64,000 nucleotides of DNA from an uncultured bacterium (GTDB lineage: Bacteria > Patescibacteriota > Minisyncoccia > Moranbacterales > UBA2206): contig CAIZXS010000017.1 of assembly GCA_903937035.1 (NCBI GenBank), positions 660-64,659 of the forward strand, in the 5' to 3' direction. Below, piece after piece: positions 1 through 10,614 of this stretch. Made by a program: the position numbers and the translations under genes. Each line of letters begins with the position of its first letter. The first letter of the stretch is position 1. The notes under the pieces are model-generated. The model made no database searches. It saw only the letters and a program-made list of their open reading frames with translations, and was not told the origin of the DNA.

Positions 1-261
1 AGGACGTGATTTTCCCTCCGCCCAAATTTTCATCCCTTAATTTTGATGAGGATTTAGGCGGAGATAATTAAATAAAGTATTGTCTGAAATCAAAAGTTTA
101 TCTTGCTAAGTCGGGATGAAAACTTCAGATGATGCGTGAACGTTGTGGCGAAATAGATTTTTTATCTTGGTGGTAATTCCGAGTTTTGTGATTTGAATAG
201 GGGCAGGAAATTTGATTCTTAATTTATTTATAAAGGGATTTCGGGGTGTTTTTATATTATA

Positions 262-837
262 TTGCATATGAGAGGATTAATGACCCATGAAGACTATCAA
301 CTGCTTTTGAAGGGAGACTCGGGTAAATATTATGAAGGTCGTTGGGAATATTTTAAAGAAGCTATAGAAATCATTAAAAATAAAGAAGTTAAATCTGTCT
401 TGGAAATAGGTCCTGCTCAAAAACCAATTGTCAAAAATTGTGATGTTATGCTAAAGTCGGAAGATGATATGTGGGGCAGGCCGAAAAATGAATTATTGTA
501 AAAAGAATATTCACATGATGCGACAGAAAAACCTTGGCCGATAAAAGATAAACAATACGATTTACTTATTGCTCTTCAAGTATGGGAACATCTTGATAAT
601 AAACAAAGCAGAGCTTTCCGAGAGGTAATGCGGGTATCAAAAATGGCCATACTTAGTTTTCCATACAGGTGGGACTGTCCAAAAGACAGCAGAAACTTTC
701 CAGCTCATCATATGATAGACAAAGAACTTATTGGCGATTGGACTTTAAATGTTAAGCCAGAAAAGATTATCAAAATTCCAAGGTCTGGCCCAGAAGTTAG
801 CAAGGGGCCAAGAATAATATGTTTTTGGAAGTTTTGA
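262..837 (+). pseudogene. Class I SAM-dependent methyltransferase-like ORF interrupted by a single in-frame TAA at 499-501
   Basis: ORFs 262..501 and 628..837 are in the same frame; the stretch between them (502-627) is open and reads KEYSHDATEKPWPIKDKQYDLLIALQVWEHLDNK, a motif II/III-like methyltransferase sequence. LEIGPAQ upstream resembles motif I. Confidence 0.45.
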
Positions 838-914
838 AAAAATGGAATTCTTCGTCGGTTTAGTGTCTTCTGATCTGAACCACCTAGTTCTAATAAATTA
901 ATATATTATAAAAT

Positions 915-1961
915 ATGCTTATGCAAAACTTTTCAAAAGAAGACTTGGAGCGAGCAGTGGAGGCAAATATCTTCACCAAGGAGCAAGTCGAGATGTTTTT
1001 GAATTCTGCAGAGAAAGACTTGGCAAATCAATCAAGCTTTACTTTTATAAACGTAGCCTATTATTTTGGAGCGATGATTGTGATTTCTGCCATGGGCTGG
1101 TTTATGACCTTGGGCTGGGAAAGTCTTGGAGGATTGGGGATAACGCTAATTGCATTGACCTATGCGATTATTTTTGTGCTGCTTGGACGCTATTTGTGGT
1201 TTGGGAAGAATTTGAAAATTCCTGGCGGACTATTTTTTGTCATGGCAACTTGCATGACTCCACTTGCGGTTTATGGCATTCAAAAGTTTACTGGCATTTG
1301 GCCAGCAGATGCGCCGACAGATTTTCGGGGTTATAATATCTGGATACAGGGAAGCTGGATTATTATGGAACTTGCAACAGTTGCTGTGGGCTTGATAATG
1401 CTAAAATTCGTGAAATTCCCATTTCTCACTGCACCGATTGCTTTTTCACTTTGGTATCTTTCAATGGATAGTGTTCCTCTGCTACTCAGGTCAGCTGAAA
1501 TTGACAATAGATTGGTGTCTGTGTTTTTTGGCCTTGTCATGATAGTTGTTACCTATTTTATTGACAGAAAAACAAAGGATGATTATGCATTTTGGGGCTA
1601 TCTATTTGGCATGTTGACTTTTTGGGGTGGACTGACATTTCTTTTGGATAGTTCTAGCGAATTGAGTAAATTTTCATATTGTCTTTTGAATGTATTTCTT
1701 ATAATAATTTCTGTTTGGCTAGAGCGAAAAGTTTTTATTATCTTCGGGTCGCTGGGAGTTTTTGGATATCTTAGTTATTTGTCATTCACTATTTTTTCTG
1801 GATCGATTCTATTTCCTTTCGTGCTGAGTTTTCTGGGACTGGCAATTATTTTTCTAGCAATTAAGTATCAGAAAAATATGTTTGTGATTAATGAAAAAAT
1901 AAAAAAGCTGATTCCAGCTTCTTTGCTTCGATATCAGCCAAAAAATAGAATTTTAAATTAA
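915..1961 (+). CDS. Polytopic integral membrane protein, function unknown
   Basis: 348 aa ORF with a short soluble N-terminus followed by multiple long hydrophobic segments. Confidence 0.6.
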   Translation: MLMQNFSKEDLERAVEANIFTKEQVEMFLNSAEKDLANQSSFTFINVAYYFGAMIVISAMGWFMTLGWESLGGLGITLIALTYAIIFVLLGRYLWFGKNLKIPGGLFFVMATCMTPLAVYGIQKFTGIWPADAPTDFRGYNIWIQGSWIIMELATVAVGLIMLKFVKFPFLTAPIAFSLWYLSMDSVPLLLRSAEIDNRLVSVFFGLVMIVVTYFIDRKTKDDYAFWGYLFGMLTFWGGLTFLLDSSSELSKFSYCLLNVFLIIISVWLERKVFIIFGSLGVFGYLSYLSFTIFSGSILFPFVLSFLGLAIIFLAIKYQKNMFVINEKIKKLIPASLLRYQPKNRILN

Positions 1962-1980
1962 GCCTTTTAAGAATTTATCT

Positions 1981-2484
1981 ATGTCTGAGATGTCTGAATT
2001 AAAAAGGGAAATTCCTAAAAATAGGATAGAGATTGCTAGGATGAAAAATCGTCGTGGGCAGATTGGAAATCAGGGTTTTACGGCAGAAGGTGTGGAAAAA
2101 ACCCTGCGCGATATAAATGGGAATTTTATTTCTGAAGGTTCTTCGCTCAAGGAGATGCTTGATGTTGTGCGAGATTCTCCAGAAATGCTCCAAGCAACAA
2201 AAAACTATTTAGAAGAAAATCCAATAGAAATTTCCTTACTACCCGATGGCAGTATTCATCTTGGTGATGGTCATCATCGTTCTTTTATTGCTGATCAGAT
2301 TGGAATGACATCGCTTCCATATCAAGAAAGCGGACAAAAAAAAGAAGAGAAGGTGACTGACGCATCCGGAAAGAAGGAATTACCACGTTCGGGGGAAATG
2401 CTTGTTGATAAAGAATATATCCTCAAGAGTGAGGCAGAGACTAAAAAAAGAATAAAGGAGATTGGTATTCAGCTTGGGATTTAA
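1981..2484 (+). CDS. ParB/sulfiredoxin-fold (ParB-like nuclease domain) protein
   Basis: Motif LLPDGSIHLGDGHHRSFIADQIG matches the ParB N-terminal/Srx fold core (G-x-HR). Confidence 0.45.
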   Translation: MSEMSELKREIPKNRIEIARMKNRRGQIGNQGFTAEGVEKTLRDINGNFISEGSSLKEMLDVVRDSPEMLQATKNYLEENPIEISLLPDGSIHLGDGHHRSFIADQIGMTSLPYQESGQKKEEKVTDASGKKELPRSGEMLVDKEYILKSEAETKKRIKEIGIQLGI

Positions 2485-2512
2485 TGCAAAAAACAAGCAA
2501 TATTTTTGCTAT

Positions 2513-4009
2513 TTATAGTAGCCCTTCTTTTTTTAAATACTTCTTTATTTGGCTTTTAGCCAAAGATGTGCGAACAAACTTCAGCCAATCGCGGCTGGGG
2601 TTTTTATGATCCCTGGAAGTGAGGATTTCAATCACCTCGCCATTTTGAATCTTATGGTCCAGTGTGACCATTTTTCCGTTGGATTTAGCCCCGGTGGCAC
2701 GGTTGCCAACTTCTCCATGCACGTGATAGGCAAAGTCGATTGGAGTAGCATCTTCAGGCAGGTCAATGATATCGCCAAGTGGAGTAAAGGCAAAAATATG
2801 ATTTTTAAAAAAATCAATTTTAAGTCCCTCCATAAATTCAGCGTCATTTTTGCCCAATTCATTTTGCCATTCGCGCAATTGGTTGACCCAGACCAATTCT
2901 TTTTCAGGTACGGCATGCTTGCTTTTAAGAAAGAAATTTTTCAATTTTCTTTTATTTTCTGAATAGATCCAGTGTGAGGCGATGCCAAACTCTGCTTCGT
3001 CATCCATTTTTTTGGTGCGGATCTGCACTTCCAGAAAAATCCCTTCAGGACCAAAAATGGTTGTATGAATCGACTGGTAGCCATTTGGTTTTGGTAGTGA
3101 TATGTAGTCCTTGATACGCCCAACAAGCGGACGATATTGCTTATGTACGATGCCAAGCGTCTCATAGCAATTAGCAAGTTCTGGCACAATGATTCGGATA
3201 CCGATTAAATCATAAATCTTGCTGATATCCATATCATGCCGTTTCAGTTTTTGATATAAGCTGTGAATATGTTTGGTTCTGCCAAAGATATTCAAAACAT
3301 TAATTCCTTCTTTGGTTAGTTCTTTTTTGAGCTCACTCACCATTTTGTCAATGTATTTTTTTCGTTGTCCATATTGGTGGGCAACAAGTTTTTCTGTTGT
3401 GATGAAATTATCTCGGTCAAGATATTTGAAAGCCAGATCTTCAAGACGAACTTTAATCTCTCCAATCCCTAATCGATTAGCAATGGGAACAAAAACCTCC
3501 ATTGTTTCAAGAGCAATGCGCTGTTGTTTTTCAGGAGGGAGATATTCTAGTGTTTCCATGTTGTGCAGACGATCGGCAAGCTTGATGAGGACAACGCGAA
3601 TATCTGAAGCCATGGCGAGAAACATTTTGCGTAAATTTTCTAAATAGGTATCTTCCTTTGACCCGCGCAATTTAATTTTTCCCAACTTTGTCACACCATC
3701 AACCATTGTGGCAATTTCCTTGCCAAACTTGTGTTCAAGTTCTTTCAGTGTGACAGGTGTATCCTCGGGTACATCATGCAAAAGTCCTGCTGCAATTGTC
3801 TTGGATCCGAGTCCAATTTTTGCCAAAGTAAGTGCTGCATGCAATGGGTGCTGGATGTAGTCGTCTTTGCCTGACTTGCGTTTTTGTCCCAAGTGGGCTT
3901 TTTCCGCTACTGCATAGGCACCACGAATCAAAGCTTCTTTTTTGAATTCCAAGGTAAATTTGACGTTTCGCAGGACATCTTCAATGGTAATATTTTCTTC
4001 AATAGACAT
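2513..4009 (-). CDS. rel: Bifunctional (p)ppGpp synthetase/hydrolase Rel/SpoT homolog, short form
   Basis: HD hydrolase motif HPLHAALTLAKIGL...LLHDVPEDT; synthetase-domain YQSIHTTIF; TGS-like C-terminus. 498 aa with no ACT-domain tail. Confidence 0.85.
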   Translation of the reverse strand: MSIEENITIEDVLRNVKFTLEFKKEALIRGAYAVAEKAHLGQKRKSGKDDYIQHPLHAALTLAKIGLGSKTIAAGLLHDVPEDTPVTLKELEHKFGKEIATMVDGVTKLGKIKLRGSKEDTYLENLRKMFLAMASDIRVVLIKLADRLHNMETLEYLPPEKQQRIALETMEVFVPIANRLGIGEIKVRLEDLAFKYLDRDNFITTEKLVAHQYGQRKKYIDKMVSELKKELTKEGINVLNIFGRTKHIHSLYQKLKRHDMDISKIYDLIGIRIIVPELANCYETLGIVHKQYRPLVGRIKDYISLPKPNGYQSIHTTIFGPEGIFLEVQIRTKKMDDEAEFGIASHWIYSENKRKLKNFFLKSKHAVPEKELVWVNQLREWQNELGKNDAEFMEGLKIDFFKNHIFAFTPLGDIIDLPEDATPIDFAYHVHGEVGNRATGAKSNGKMVTLDHKIQNGEVIEILTSRDHKNPSRDWLKFVRTSLAKSQIKKYLKKEGLL

Positions 4010-4033
4010 AAATTTATTCCTAAGTATCAGTGA

Positions 4034-6292
4034 CTACTTCTCAAAATTACATTCTTTATTGGAACATTTTGCCTTACCTTTGGCGGCGAAAAGCATAAGA
4101 GAGTTACAGTTTGGGCAATTTTCACCGGTGGGCTTGTTCCAGGCAGAAAAATCACATGCCGGGTAAGCGCTGCAGCCGTAAAATACGCGGCCTTTCTTGG
4201 ATTTTCGTTCGACAATGTCACCTGTTTTGCATTTGGGACATTTGATTCCAGTTTTATTTTCAATGCGTTTGATGCCTTTGCATTCAGGATAGTTGGAGCA
4301 ACCCAAGAAAACTCCGAATTTACCTCTTTTGACTGCCATCTTGGCGCCGCATTTTTCGCAGATTTCTTCAGAAAACTCTTCTTCGATTTTCTTTTCTGCC
4401 CCAGTTTTTTCAGTGTAGCGACAGTTTGGATAATTGGAGCAGGCAATAAATTTTCCAAAGCGTCCAAATTTCATAATGAGATCGCCACCACAATCAGGAC
4501 AGCTTTTATCTAGTTTTTCTTGAAATTCTTCTTTTTTAACATCCTTTGTTTTAGTTTTAAGATTGGCATGAAAAGGTTCATAGAATTCTCTGATGACTGG
4601 TACCCATTTCTTTGCTCCTTCGGCAATTTCATCAAAATCTTTTTCTAGCGTTGCCGTAAAAGCCATGTCAACAATTTTTGGGAAATGAGAAACGAGTGTG
4701 TCGCTAACGAGTGTGCCAATTTCCAGTGGGAATAGGCGCTTTTCTTCATTTTTGTCAACATATTTTCTTTCAATGATTGTGGAAATCGTTGGGGCATAAG
4801 TAGAAGGACGACCAATGCCATTTTCTTCCAAAACTTTGACGAGCGTCGCTTCGTTGTAGCGCGGAGGTTGATTTGTTGTTTTTCCTTCGGTGTTGGCCGA
4901 AACAAGTTCAAGCGCGTCTCCAGCTTCCATTGGGGGAAGCAGTGTGTCAGTCGTCGCGGATTTTTTGTCAGAATAAACCTTCAAGTATCCTTCAAAAGTG
5001 AGGATTGATCCACTAGCGCTAAGCGCATAAATATTTTTGGTTGATTTTTCCGAAGTGGATATATCGACTTTTACAGAATTGAAAACAGCGCATTCCATTT
5101 GAGATGCGATCATTCTATTCCAAATCAATCTATAGAGTTTATATTGTCCCAATTCAAGCTTATCCTTCAACTCTTCGGGAGTTTTTTCTGGATAGGCGGG
5201 CCTGATTGCTTCATGGGCTTCTTGTGCGCCTTTGGATTTGTTCTTGAAATAACGTGGGCTTTTCAGCGCAAAATTAGCGCCATATAATTTTTGAATTGTT
5301 TTTTGCGCAGAAACAAGAGATTCTAGTGAGAGATTAAGACTGTCAGTTCTCATGTATGTGATAAATCCTTGTTCGTAAAGTTTTTGAGCTAGAACCATTG
5401 TCTGTTTTGAGCTGTAGCCCAAACTGCTGATAGCTGATTGTTGCAATGTGGAAGTTGTGAAGGGTGGTGGGGGAGTCTTGGTGGTTTCTCTTTTGGAGAT
5501 GTTTTCTACTTTATATTGGCATTTTTCCAGATCAGAAATTATTTCTAATGCGTCCTTTTCGTTCGATAGAATTGTTTTTTTGATCTTATAATCACCAGCA
5601 AAAAGGTCGAGGGTGATGACCGATTCAATTTTTTTGTCATTCTTCTTGATGAGATCAGCTGGAAACTCAGATTCTTTTTCTCCCGCTTTGGTTTTTAAAA
5701 CTAAATTTATTTTCCAATAATTTTCCGCCTTAAATTTTTCGATCTCTTTTTCTCTTTCGACGATGATGCGAAGAGCCATGGACTGAACGCGACCAGCACT
5801 TAATCCTCGGCGGATTTTTTTCCAGAGAAAGGGTGATAATTCATAACCGACCAAACGATCAAGAATGCGCCTTGCCTGTTGCGCATCGACTAAATTGAGA
5901 TCTAGCTCACGTGGCGTGGCGAGTGCTTTTTCAATCGCGGTCTTGGTGATTTCATGAAAGACGATGCGGGAAATTTTTTCACCTTTAAAGTTTTTATCAA
6001 GTTCAAGCGCTGTAGCAAGGTGCCATGAAATTGCCTCTCCTTCGCGGTCTTCGTCAGTTGCGAGAATCACTCCCGTGGCTTTTTTGGCTAGTTTTTTGAG
6101 TTCATCAACGCGGTCAGCTACTTTATTAGGGATGACATATTGCGGGGCGAAATCATGCTCGATATCAATTCCCATTTCTTTTTGAGGCAAATCGCGGATA
6201 TGACCATAACTAGATTTGACTAGATAGCTTTTATCGAGAAATTTAGTAATAGTCTTGGCTTTAGTTGGCGACTCAACAATAATCAGTTTCAT
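4034..6292 (-). CDS. topA: DNA topoisomerase I
   Basis: N-terminal Toprim MKLIIVESPTKAKTITKFL...YGHIRDLP; several C-terminal C4 zinc ribbons (CxxC...CxxC). Confidence 0.92.
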   Translation of the reverse strand: MKLIIVESPTKAKTITKFLDKSYLVKSSYGHIRDLPQKEMGIDIEHDFAPQYVIPNKVADRVDELKKLAKKATGVILATDEDREGEAISWHLATALELDKNFKGEKISRIVFHEITKTAIEKALATPRELDLNLVDAQQARRILDRLVGYELSPFLWKKIRRGLSAGRVQSMALRIIVEREKEIEKFKAENYWKINLVLKTKAGEKESEFPADLIKKNDKKIESVITLDLFAGDYKIKKTILSNEKDALEIISDLEKCQYKVENISKRETTKTPPPPFTTSTLQQSAISSLGYSSKQTMVLAQKLYEQGFITYMRTDSLNLSLESLVSAQKTIQKLYGANFALKSPRYFKNKSKGAQEAHEAIRPAYPEKTPEELKDKLELGQYKLYRLIWNRMIASQMECAVFNSVKVDISTSEKSTKNIYALSASGSILTFEGYLKVYSDKKSATTDTLLPPMEAGDALELVSANTEGKTTNQPPRYNEATLVKVLEENGIGRPSTYAPTISTIIERKYVDKNEEKRLFPLEIGTLVSDTLVSHFPKIVDMAFTATLEKDFDEIAEGAKKWVPVIREFYEPFHANLKTKTKDVKKEEFQEKLDKSCPDCGGDLIMKFGRFGKFIACSNYPNCRYTEKTGAEKKIEEEFSEEICEKCGAKMAVKRGKFGVFLGCSNYPECKGIKRIENKTGIKCPKCKTGDIVERKSKKGRVFYGCSAYPACDFSAWNKPTGENCPNCNSLMLFAAKGKAKCSNKECNFEK

Positions 6293-6507
6293 AAATTACG
6301 ACGAGGATAAGAATTATATGACTTACGCCTACCCCAAAAACAATCTTTAAAGCGCGTGGTTGCTTAGAGTTTGTTTTTTGCTTATATTAACCCCTAAAAC
6401 CCGGATCAACCTTGGCTATAGAAAAGTTTGTTTTTGGCAAACGTGTAAGTCCTGAATTAAATAACCATTATCTATCATAAACCAAAACTGAATTTTCTCC
6501 AAGTTTT

Positions 6508-6771
6508 TTAGATTGAACCAGCTGCTTTTAAGATGCCGACCACTCCAATGATAACCCAAAATACGTTTAGCAGAGTATAGGCTTTATCTTTTTTTAAAAC
6601 TGAGCACCAAGAGAGTAGGACCGCATCGGTTGTGTTAAATATCCAAACAAACATGAAAGGGCTGGCCGGTCCGAGCCAACTGACCAATGAAAAGCTAGAA
6701 ATACGCATTACGACGCCGACCAGTTCGAAAGTTTTGATGTTTTTACGAACAAATTGGTTGATTGGTTTCAT
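6508..6771 (-). CDS. Small membrane protein, hypothetical
   Basis: 87 aa ORF with two hydrophobic segments between dprA and topA. Confidence 0.35.
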   Translation of the reverse strand: MKPINQFVRKNIKTFELVGVVMRISSFSLVSWLGPASPFMFVWIFNTTDAVLLSWCSVLKKDKAYTLLNVFWVIIGVVGILKAAGSI

Positions 6772-6827
6772 AGGAGTTTAGTTTAATTATTTTTTTAGTA
6801 TGTATATGGTTGCAAAAAATAAATCCC

Positions 6828-7010
6828 AATTGTCATCCTGAGCGAAGCGGAGCGAAGTCGAAGGATCTGCTTTCCATTATCATAAGCCTTGCTATTGAGT
6901 AGAAAACTTTGGGCTGCGGTTGGTAGGTCCTTGTGCCACCGCTAAAGCTAAGGCGACATGCGGTCGGCTTCGTCCTAAATGCAGGACTCCGCTCAGGGCG
7001 ACACTCGTTC
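6828..7010. repeat. Composite hairpin repeat, copy 1 (GTCATCCTGAGCGAAG...GTCGAAGGATCT family); right arm decayed
   Basis: Left arm and loop (TTTCCATTATCATAAGCCTTG) match copy 2 at 21545-21700; right arm partially matches the reverse complement. Confidence 0.6.
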
Positions 7011-8093
7011 TTATTGCAAGAGAATATAGTTTTGTCCACCGAGATTTTTGACCCAGCCTTTAATCTCCATCATGATGAGGGTTGATGAAATTACATGTAC
7101 GGTTAGATTGGCACGTTTGGCGATATTGTCAATATGGAGTGGGACATCACTGAGGACCGAAAGGAGCAGTTCTTCTTCCTTGCTCTCTGGCAACTTGAGT
7201 TTTGTTTTCTTGAGTTCATTGACTTGCGAAAGATTGAATTCTTCCAAGATATCTTGGACGCAGGTGACAATTTTGGCTCCGGATTTAATCAGGTTGTTGG
7301 TGCCAATTGAGGTTGGGGAGAAAATCGATCCGGGAATGGAAAAAACCTCTCGGTTGCTTTCTAGTGCCATCTTCGCGGTAATCAAGGTGCCGCTTTTTTC
7401 ACTAGCTTCGATAATGAGTGTACCAAGAGACATCCCGGCAATAATTCTGTTTCTGGCTGGAAAAGTTATTGTAGTGGCTGGCGTTCCTGGCGTATAGTCG
7501 CTCAGAATCAGTCCGCCACTCGCGATAATTTCTTGGGCAAGTTGAAAATTAGTTCGTGGATAGATACTTTCATCATCAATGCCACTACCTAAAACTGCTA
7601 TGGTTTTTCCTTTAACTTCCAATGCTCCTCTATGCGAAATGGCGTCAATGCCTAGTGCTAGGCCACTAATGATTGCAAAGCCAGCTCTTGCTAGGTCGCG
7701 AGCAAAAGAATTGGCCAGTTGCTCGCCATAAGCAGAATATTTTCTTGATCCAACAATGGAGATGGTTGGAATATTGTTTAGGGCTAATTCTCCGCGAGTA
7801 TATATGATATAGGGTGGGTTGTGAATTTCTTTGAGGAGCTTTGGATAGTCGGGGCTTGTGAATTCAATCAGTTGGATGTTCGCCAGCTCTAGCTTTTCCC
7901 ATTCTTCATCTGGATTGATATCTTGTTTTTTGAAATAAATATTTTCAGGTAATTTGCTATCACCCAATGCTTGCTTGAGAGTTGAGATGTCTGCTTGCCA
8001 GACGTTTTGGGCTGAGCCAAGAGCGCCGAGAAGCGTTCTGATCTTTTGCGAGCCAACGCCTTGAATCTTGTTTAATGCATGAAGATATTTCAT
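7011..8093 (-). CDS. dprA: DNA processing protein DprA/Smf
   Basis: Rossmann-like core IVGSRKYSAYGEQ...GLALGIDAISHRGAL with SAM-like N-terminus and C-terminal winged-helix extension. Start placed at the MKYLHAL methionine (8093); the ORF extends to 8165. Confidence 0.88.
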   Translation of the reverse strand: MKYLHALNKIQGVGSQKIRTLLGALGSAQNVWQADISTLKQALGDSKLPENIYFKKQDINPDEEWEKLELANIQLIEFTSPDYPKLLKEIHNPPYIIYTRGELALNNIPTISIVGSRKYSAYGEQLANSFARDLARAGFAIISGLALGIDAISHRGALEVKGKTIAVLGSGIDDESIYPRTNFQLAQEIIASGGLILSDYTPGTPATTITFPARNRIIAGMSLGTLIIEASEKSGTLITAKMALESNREVFSIPGSIFSPTSIGTNNLIKSGAKIVTCVQDILEEFNLSQVNELKKTKLKLPESKEEELLLSVLSDVPLHIDNIAKRANLTVHVISSTLIMMEIKGWVKNLGGQNYILLQ

Positions 8094-8122
8094 TAGCTTA
8101 CAATAACACAGGGGCTTTGGGC

Positions 8123-8152
8123 TTGACAAATTTATTGAATGTGTGCTAGTAT
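8123..8152 (+). promoter_or_regulatory. Candidate sigma-70 promoter (TTGACA-18-TAGTAT) for the 8193 gene
   Basis: TTGACA at 8123-8128 and TAGTAT at 8147-8152, about 40 nt upstream of the ATG. Confidence 0.4.
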
Positions 8153-8192
8153 TTCTGGAAGTCAAAAATAACTTAATTTAAAGCTTAAAACG

Positions 8193-9254
8193 ATGAATAT
8201 AGACGCGAATTCCAAGAGTAAGTCAAAAGAGAGAGTAGAAAACTCTTTTTTCATTATGGCGGAAAAGATGCTATCTCAGTTGCCTCAGAGAGGGCAAGAT
8301 ATCCTAAAGAAGCGCTTTGGCCTTGTTGACGACTATACAGTTCAAACTCTGGAAAAGATTGGTTCAGATTACAATATTACCAGAGAACGTGTACGCCAAA
8401 TTATTTCTGATGCAAGAAAGAATATTAGCAGTAAAAGTGAGGAAGCGAATTTTCAGGAAGTGGAAAATAGCTTGTTTTTTGCGATTGAGAAAAAATGTGG
8501 TATAATCAAAGAGGAAGATGTCCTCGAAGAGCTTAGTTTGCGTGGATCGCGCCAAGAGGAGAATGCGGTACGGTTTTTAGTAGACTGTTCTCGAAAAATA
8601 TCTGTTATTGCAGAAAAAAATAGAATTGAAAGGTCTTGGGTGGCTTCTCCGGAAGTTTTGACAAAAGTGTCAAAAATATCAAAGGCAGCTCATGAGCTTT
8701 TGGAGAAAAATAAAAAGTTGCTCAGTGATGATGAAATTTCTCAGGAGTTGGTAATGATTTTGGGAGATTTTTCAAAGAAAGAAGTTTTGAGCTATTTGAG
8801 TGTTCTTTTTGGGATTAAGAAAAATAAATTTGGAAAATGGGGCATGCGACATTGGCCGGAAATTAGCCCAAAGGGTAGTCGAGAAAAGATTTATTTGATT
8901 TTAAAGGAAGAAAAGAAGCCTTTGCATTTCACTGGTATTGCGGCGTTGATTGAAAAGCACAAGCTGGGAACGAAAAAAGTGCACCCTCAAACAATTCATA
9001 ATGAATTGATTAAAGACGAAAGGTTCGTATTGATTGGACGAGGAATCTATGCGCTGAGTGAATGGGGCTATTCCGGTGGTGCGGTTAAAGATGTTCTTCG
9101 GACCATTTTGGAAAAAAGTGAAAATCCGCTTGATCGAGAGGAAATTATCAAGAAAGTTTTTCAGGTCAGAAAAGTGAAACGAACAACAATCATGATTAAT
9201 TTGAATAGTAAGCATTTTGAAAAAGTGGGAACTGGATATAGATTGAAGAAATAA
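8193..9254 (+). CDS. DNA-binding protein with sigma-70 region-4-like HTH and C-terminal winged-helix-like domain
   Basis: LPQRGQDILKKRFGLVDDYTVQTLEKIGSDYNITRERVRQIISDARKNI is a textbook sigma region 4.2 signature. No region 2 is present. Confidence 0.55.
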   Translation: MNIDANSKSKSKERVENSFFIMAEKMLSQLPQRGQDILKKRFGLVDDYTVQTLEKIGSDYNITRERVRQIISDARKNISSKSEEANFQEVENSLFFAIEKKCGIIKEEDVLEELSLRGSRQEENAVRFLVDCSRKISVIAEKNRIERSWVASPEVLTKVSKISKAAHELLEKNKKLLSDDEISQELVMILGDFSKKEVLSYLSVLFGIKKNKFGKWGMRHWPEISPKGSREKIYLILKEEKKPLHFTGIAALIEKHKLGTKKVHPQTIHNELIKDERFVLIGRGIYALSEWGYSGGAVKDVLRTILEKSENPLDREEIIKKVFQVRKVKRTTIMINLNSKHFEKVGTGYRLKK

Positions 9255-9317
9255 CATAGCGCTTCAACGTAGGCGGGTCATTGAAAGATTTTCTATATTT
9301 CTAAAATAAAAATTATA

Positions 9318-10595
9318 ATGAATGGTTCTGTTTCTATTTTTTATATTTTAAATAATTTTTGGGGCGTATTCGCGTCTTCTTGGTGGCTAATCTTGCCATG
9401 GCCTGTTTGGTATATCTTTAGGGAAGTTTGGTTTGATTACGTTTCGCATTATGGAGCTGATTGCTGGAACTCGAAATATAAGTGGGCGATGCTTGAGGTG
9501 GTTCCTCCGCGTGAAATTGAAAGAGGGCCCAAGCCAATGGAAGTTTTTTTCACCGGGCTATCAGGAGTCATCTCTACGCATAATAATTTTACTATCTGGC
9601 TGGATGGAGCATTCAGGCAGGATTATTTTGGCTTGGAGCTGGTGGGAGAGGAGGGCAAAGTGCACTATTATATTCGGCTTTTGAAGAAATATCGTAATTT
9701 GGTTGAAGCGCAAATTTATGCACAATATCCTGAAGCGCAGGTTATGGAAGTGGAGGATTACTATCCAAAATTTCCTAAGGTTATTCCGAATAAAAAATGG
9801 GATCTTTGGGGCGCTGACTTTGTTTTTGTAAAGCCCGATCCCTATTATCCTCTTAAAACTTATGATCAATTTGAAGAGAGTATAACGGGTGAAATGATTG
9901 ACCCAATGGCTGCTCTTGTGGAGGTTTTAGGAACATTGGGACCGGGACAGCATATTTGGTTGCAATACGTGATTGTGCCTGTGCAGGAAGGCGAATCAAT
10001 CAAGGGCGGGAAAGTTTTGGCTGATAAATTGAAATTTAGAGCGACGGAGTCGGCAGGTGGAAGATTAATCTCTGATGTTGTTGACGTTCTCTCTAATCTT
10101 TGGGCGGGGCTTTTTGGTCCACCGGAATTTAAAGTGGCTGCTGCCAAAAAAGACGAATTGCCATTGGAGATGCGACTCTCCACAGTGGAGAAAGATATCT
10201 TGAAAGCCGTTGAGGAAAATTTGGGCAAGAATTTTTTCAAAACCAAAATGCGTATGATATATTTGGGTAAGCGAGAAGGTTTTGACAAATCTCACGTGAG
10301 TGCTTTTGTTGGTGCAGTCAAGCAATTTAATGATTTAAATATGAATCAGATCAAGCCGGAGGATATCAGCAAGACCTATGGCCAAATTTTCTTTATAGAT
10401 AGGATTACCAATCTGCGAAAGCGCAAAATTTACGACCGTTATCGCCGAAGAAATATGGACGGAGTCAATCTTATGCTTTCTACGAAAGAACTGGCAACTA
10501 TGTTTCATTTTCCTGATTTGTCAGTTAAGTCTCATGCAATTACTCAGACCACCTCTAAGTTGGGAGCGGCACCTTCAAATTTGCCCATCGACTAA
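9318..10595 (+). CDS. Membrane-anchored protein (single N-terminal TM), hypothetical; likely partner of the downstream ATPase
   Basis: 425 aa ORF with W-rich N-terminal hydrophobic helix; the next gene starts 20 nt downstream. Confidence 0.55.
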   Translation: MNGSVSIFYILNNFWGVFASSWWLILPWPVWYIFREVWFDYVSHYGADCWNSKYKWAMLEVVPPREIERGPKPMEVFFTGLSGVISTHNNFTIWLDGAFRQDYFGLELVGEEGKVHYYIRLLKKYRNLVEAQIYAQYPEAQVMEVEDYYPKFPKVIPNKKWDLWGADFVFVKPDPYYPLKTYDQFEESITGEMIDPMAALVEVLGTLGPGQHIWLQYVIVPVQEGESIKGGKVLADKLKFRATESAGGRLISDVVDVLSNLWAGLFGPPEFKVAAAKKDELPLEMRLSTVEKDILKAVEENLGKNFFKTKMRMIYLGKREGFDKSHVSAFVGAVKQFNDLNMNQIKPEDISKTYGQIFFIDRITNLRKRKIYDRYRRRNMDGVNLMLSTKELATMFHFPDLSVKSHAITQTTSKLGAAPSNLPID

Positions 10596-10614
10596 TTAAT
10601 ACATATACACAAAA

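Noticed and set aside
2549-3647. Several 80-137-aa ORFs antisense to rel
   Set aside because: They are nested inside a well-supported gene on the other strand and show no domain signatures.
6833-7039. 68-aa ORF (MDKTIFSC...)
   Set aside because: It is a translation of hairpin-repeat copy 1; the same artefact peptide arises from the other copies.
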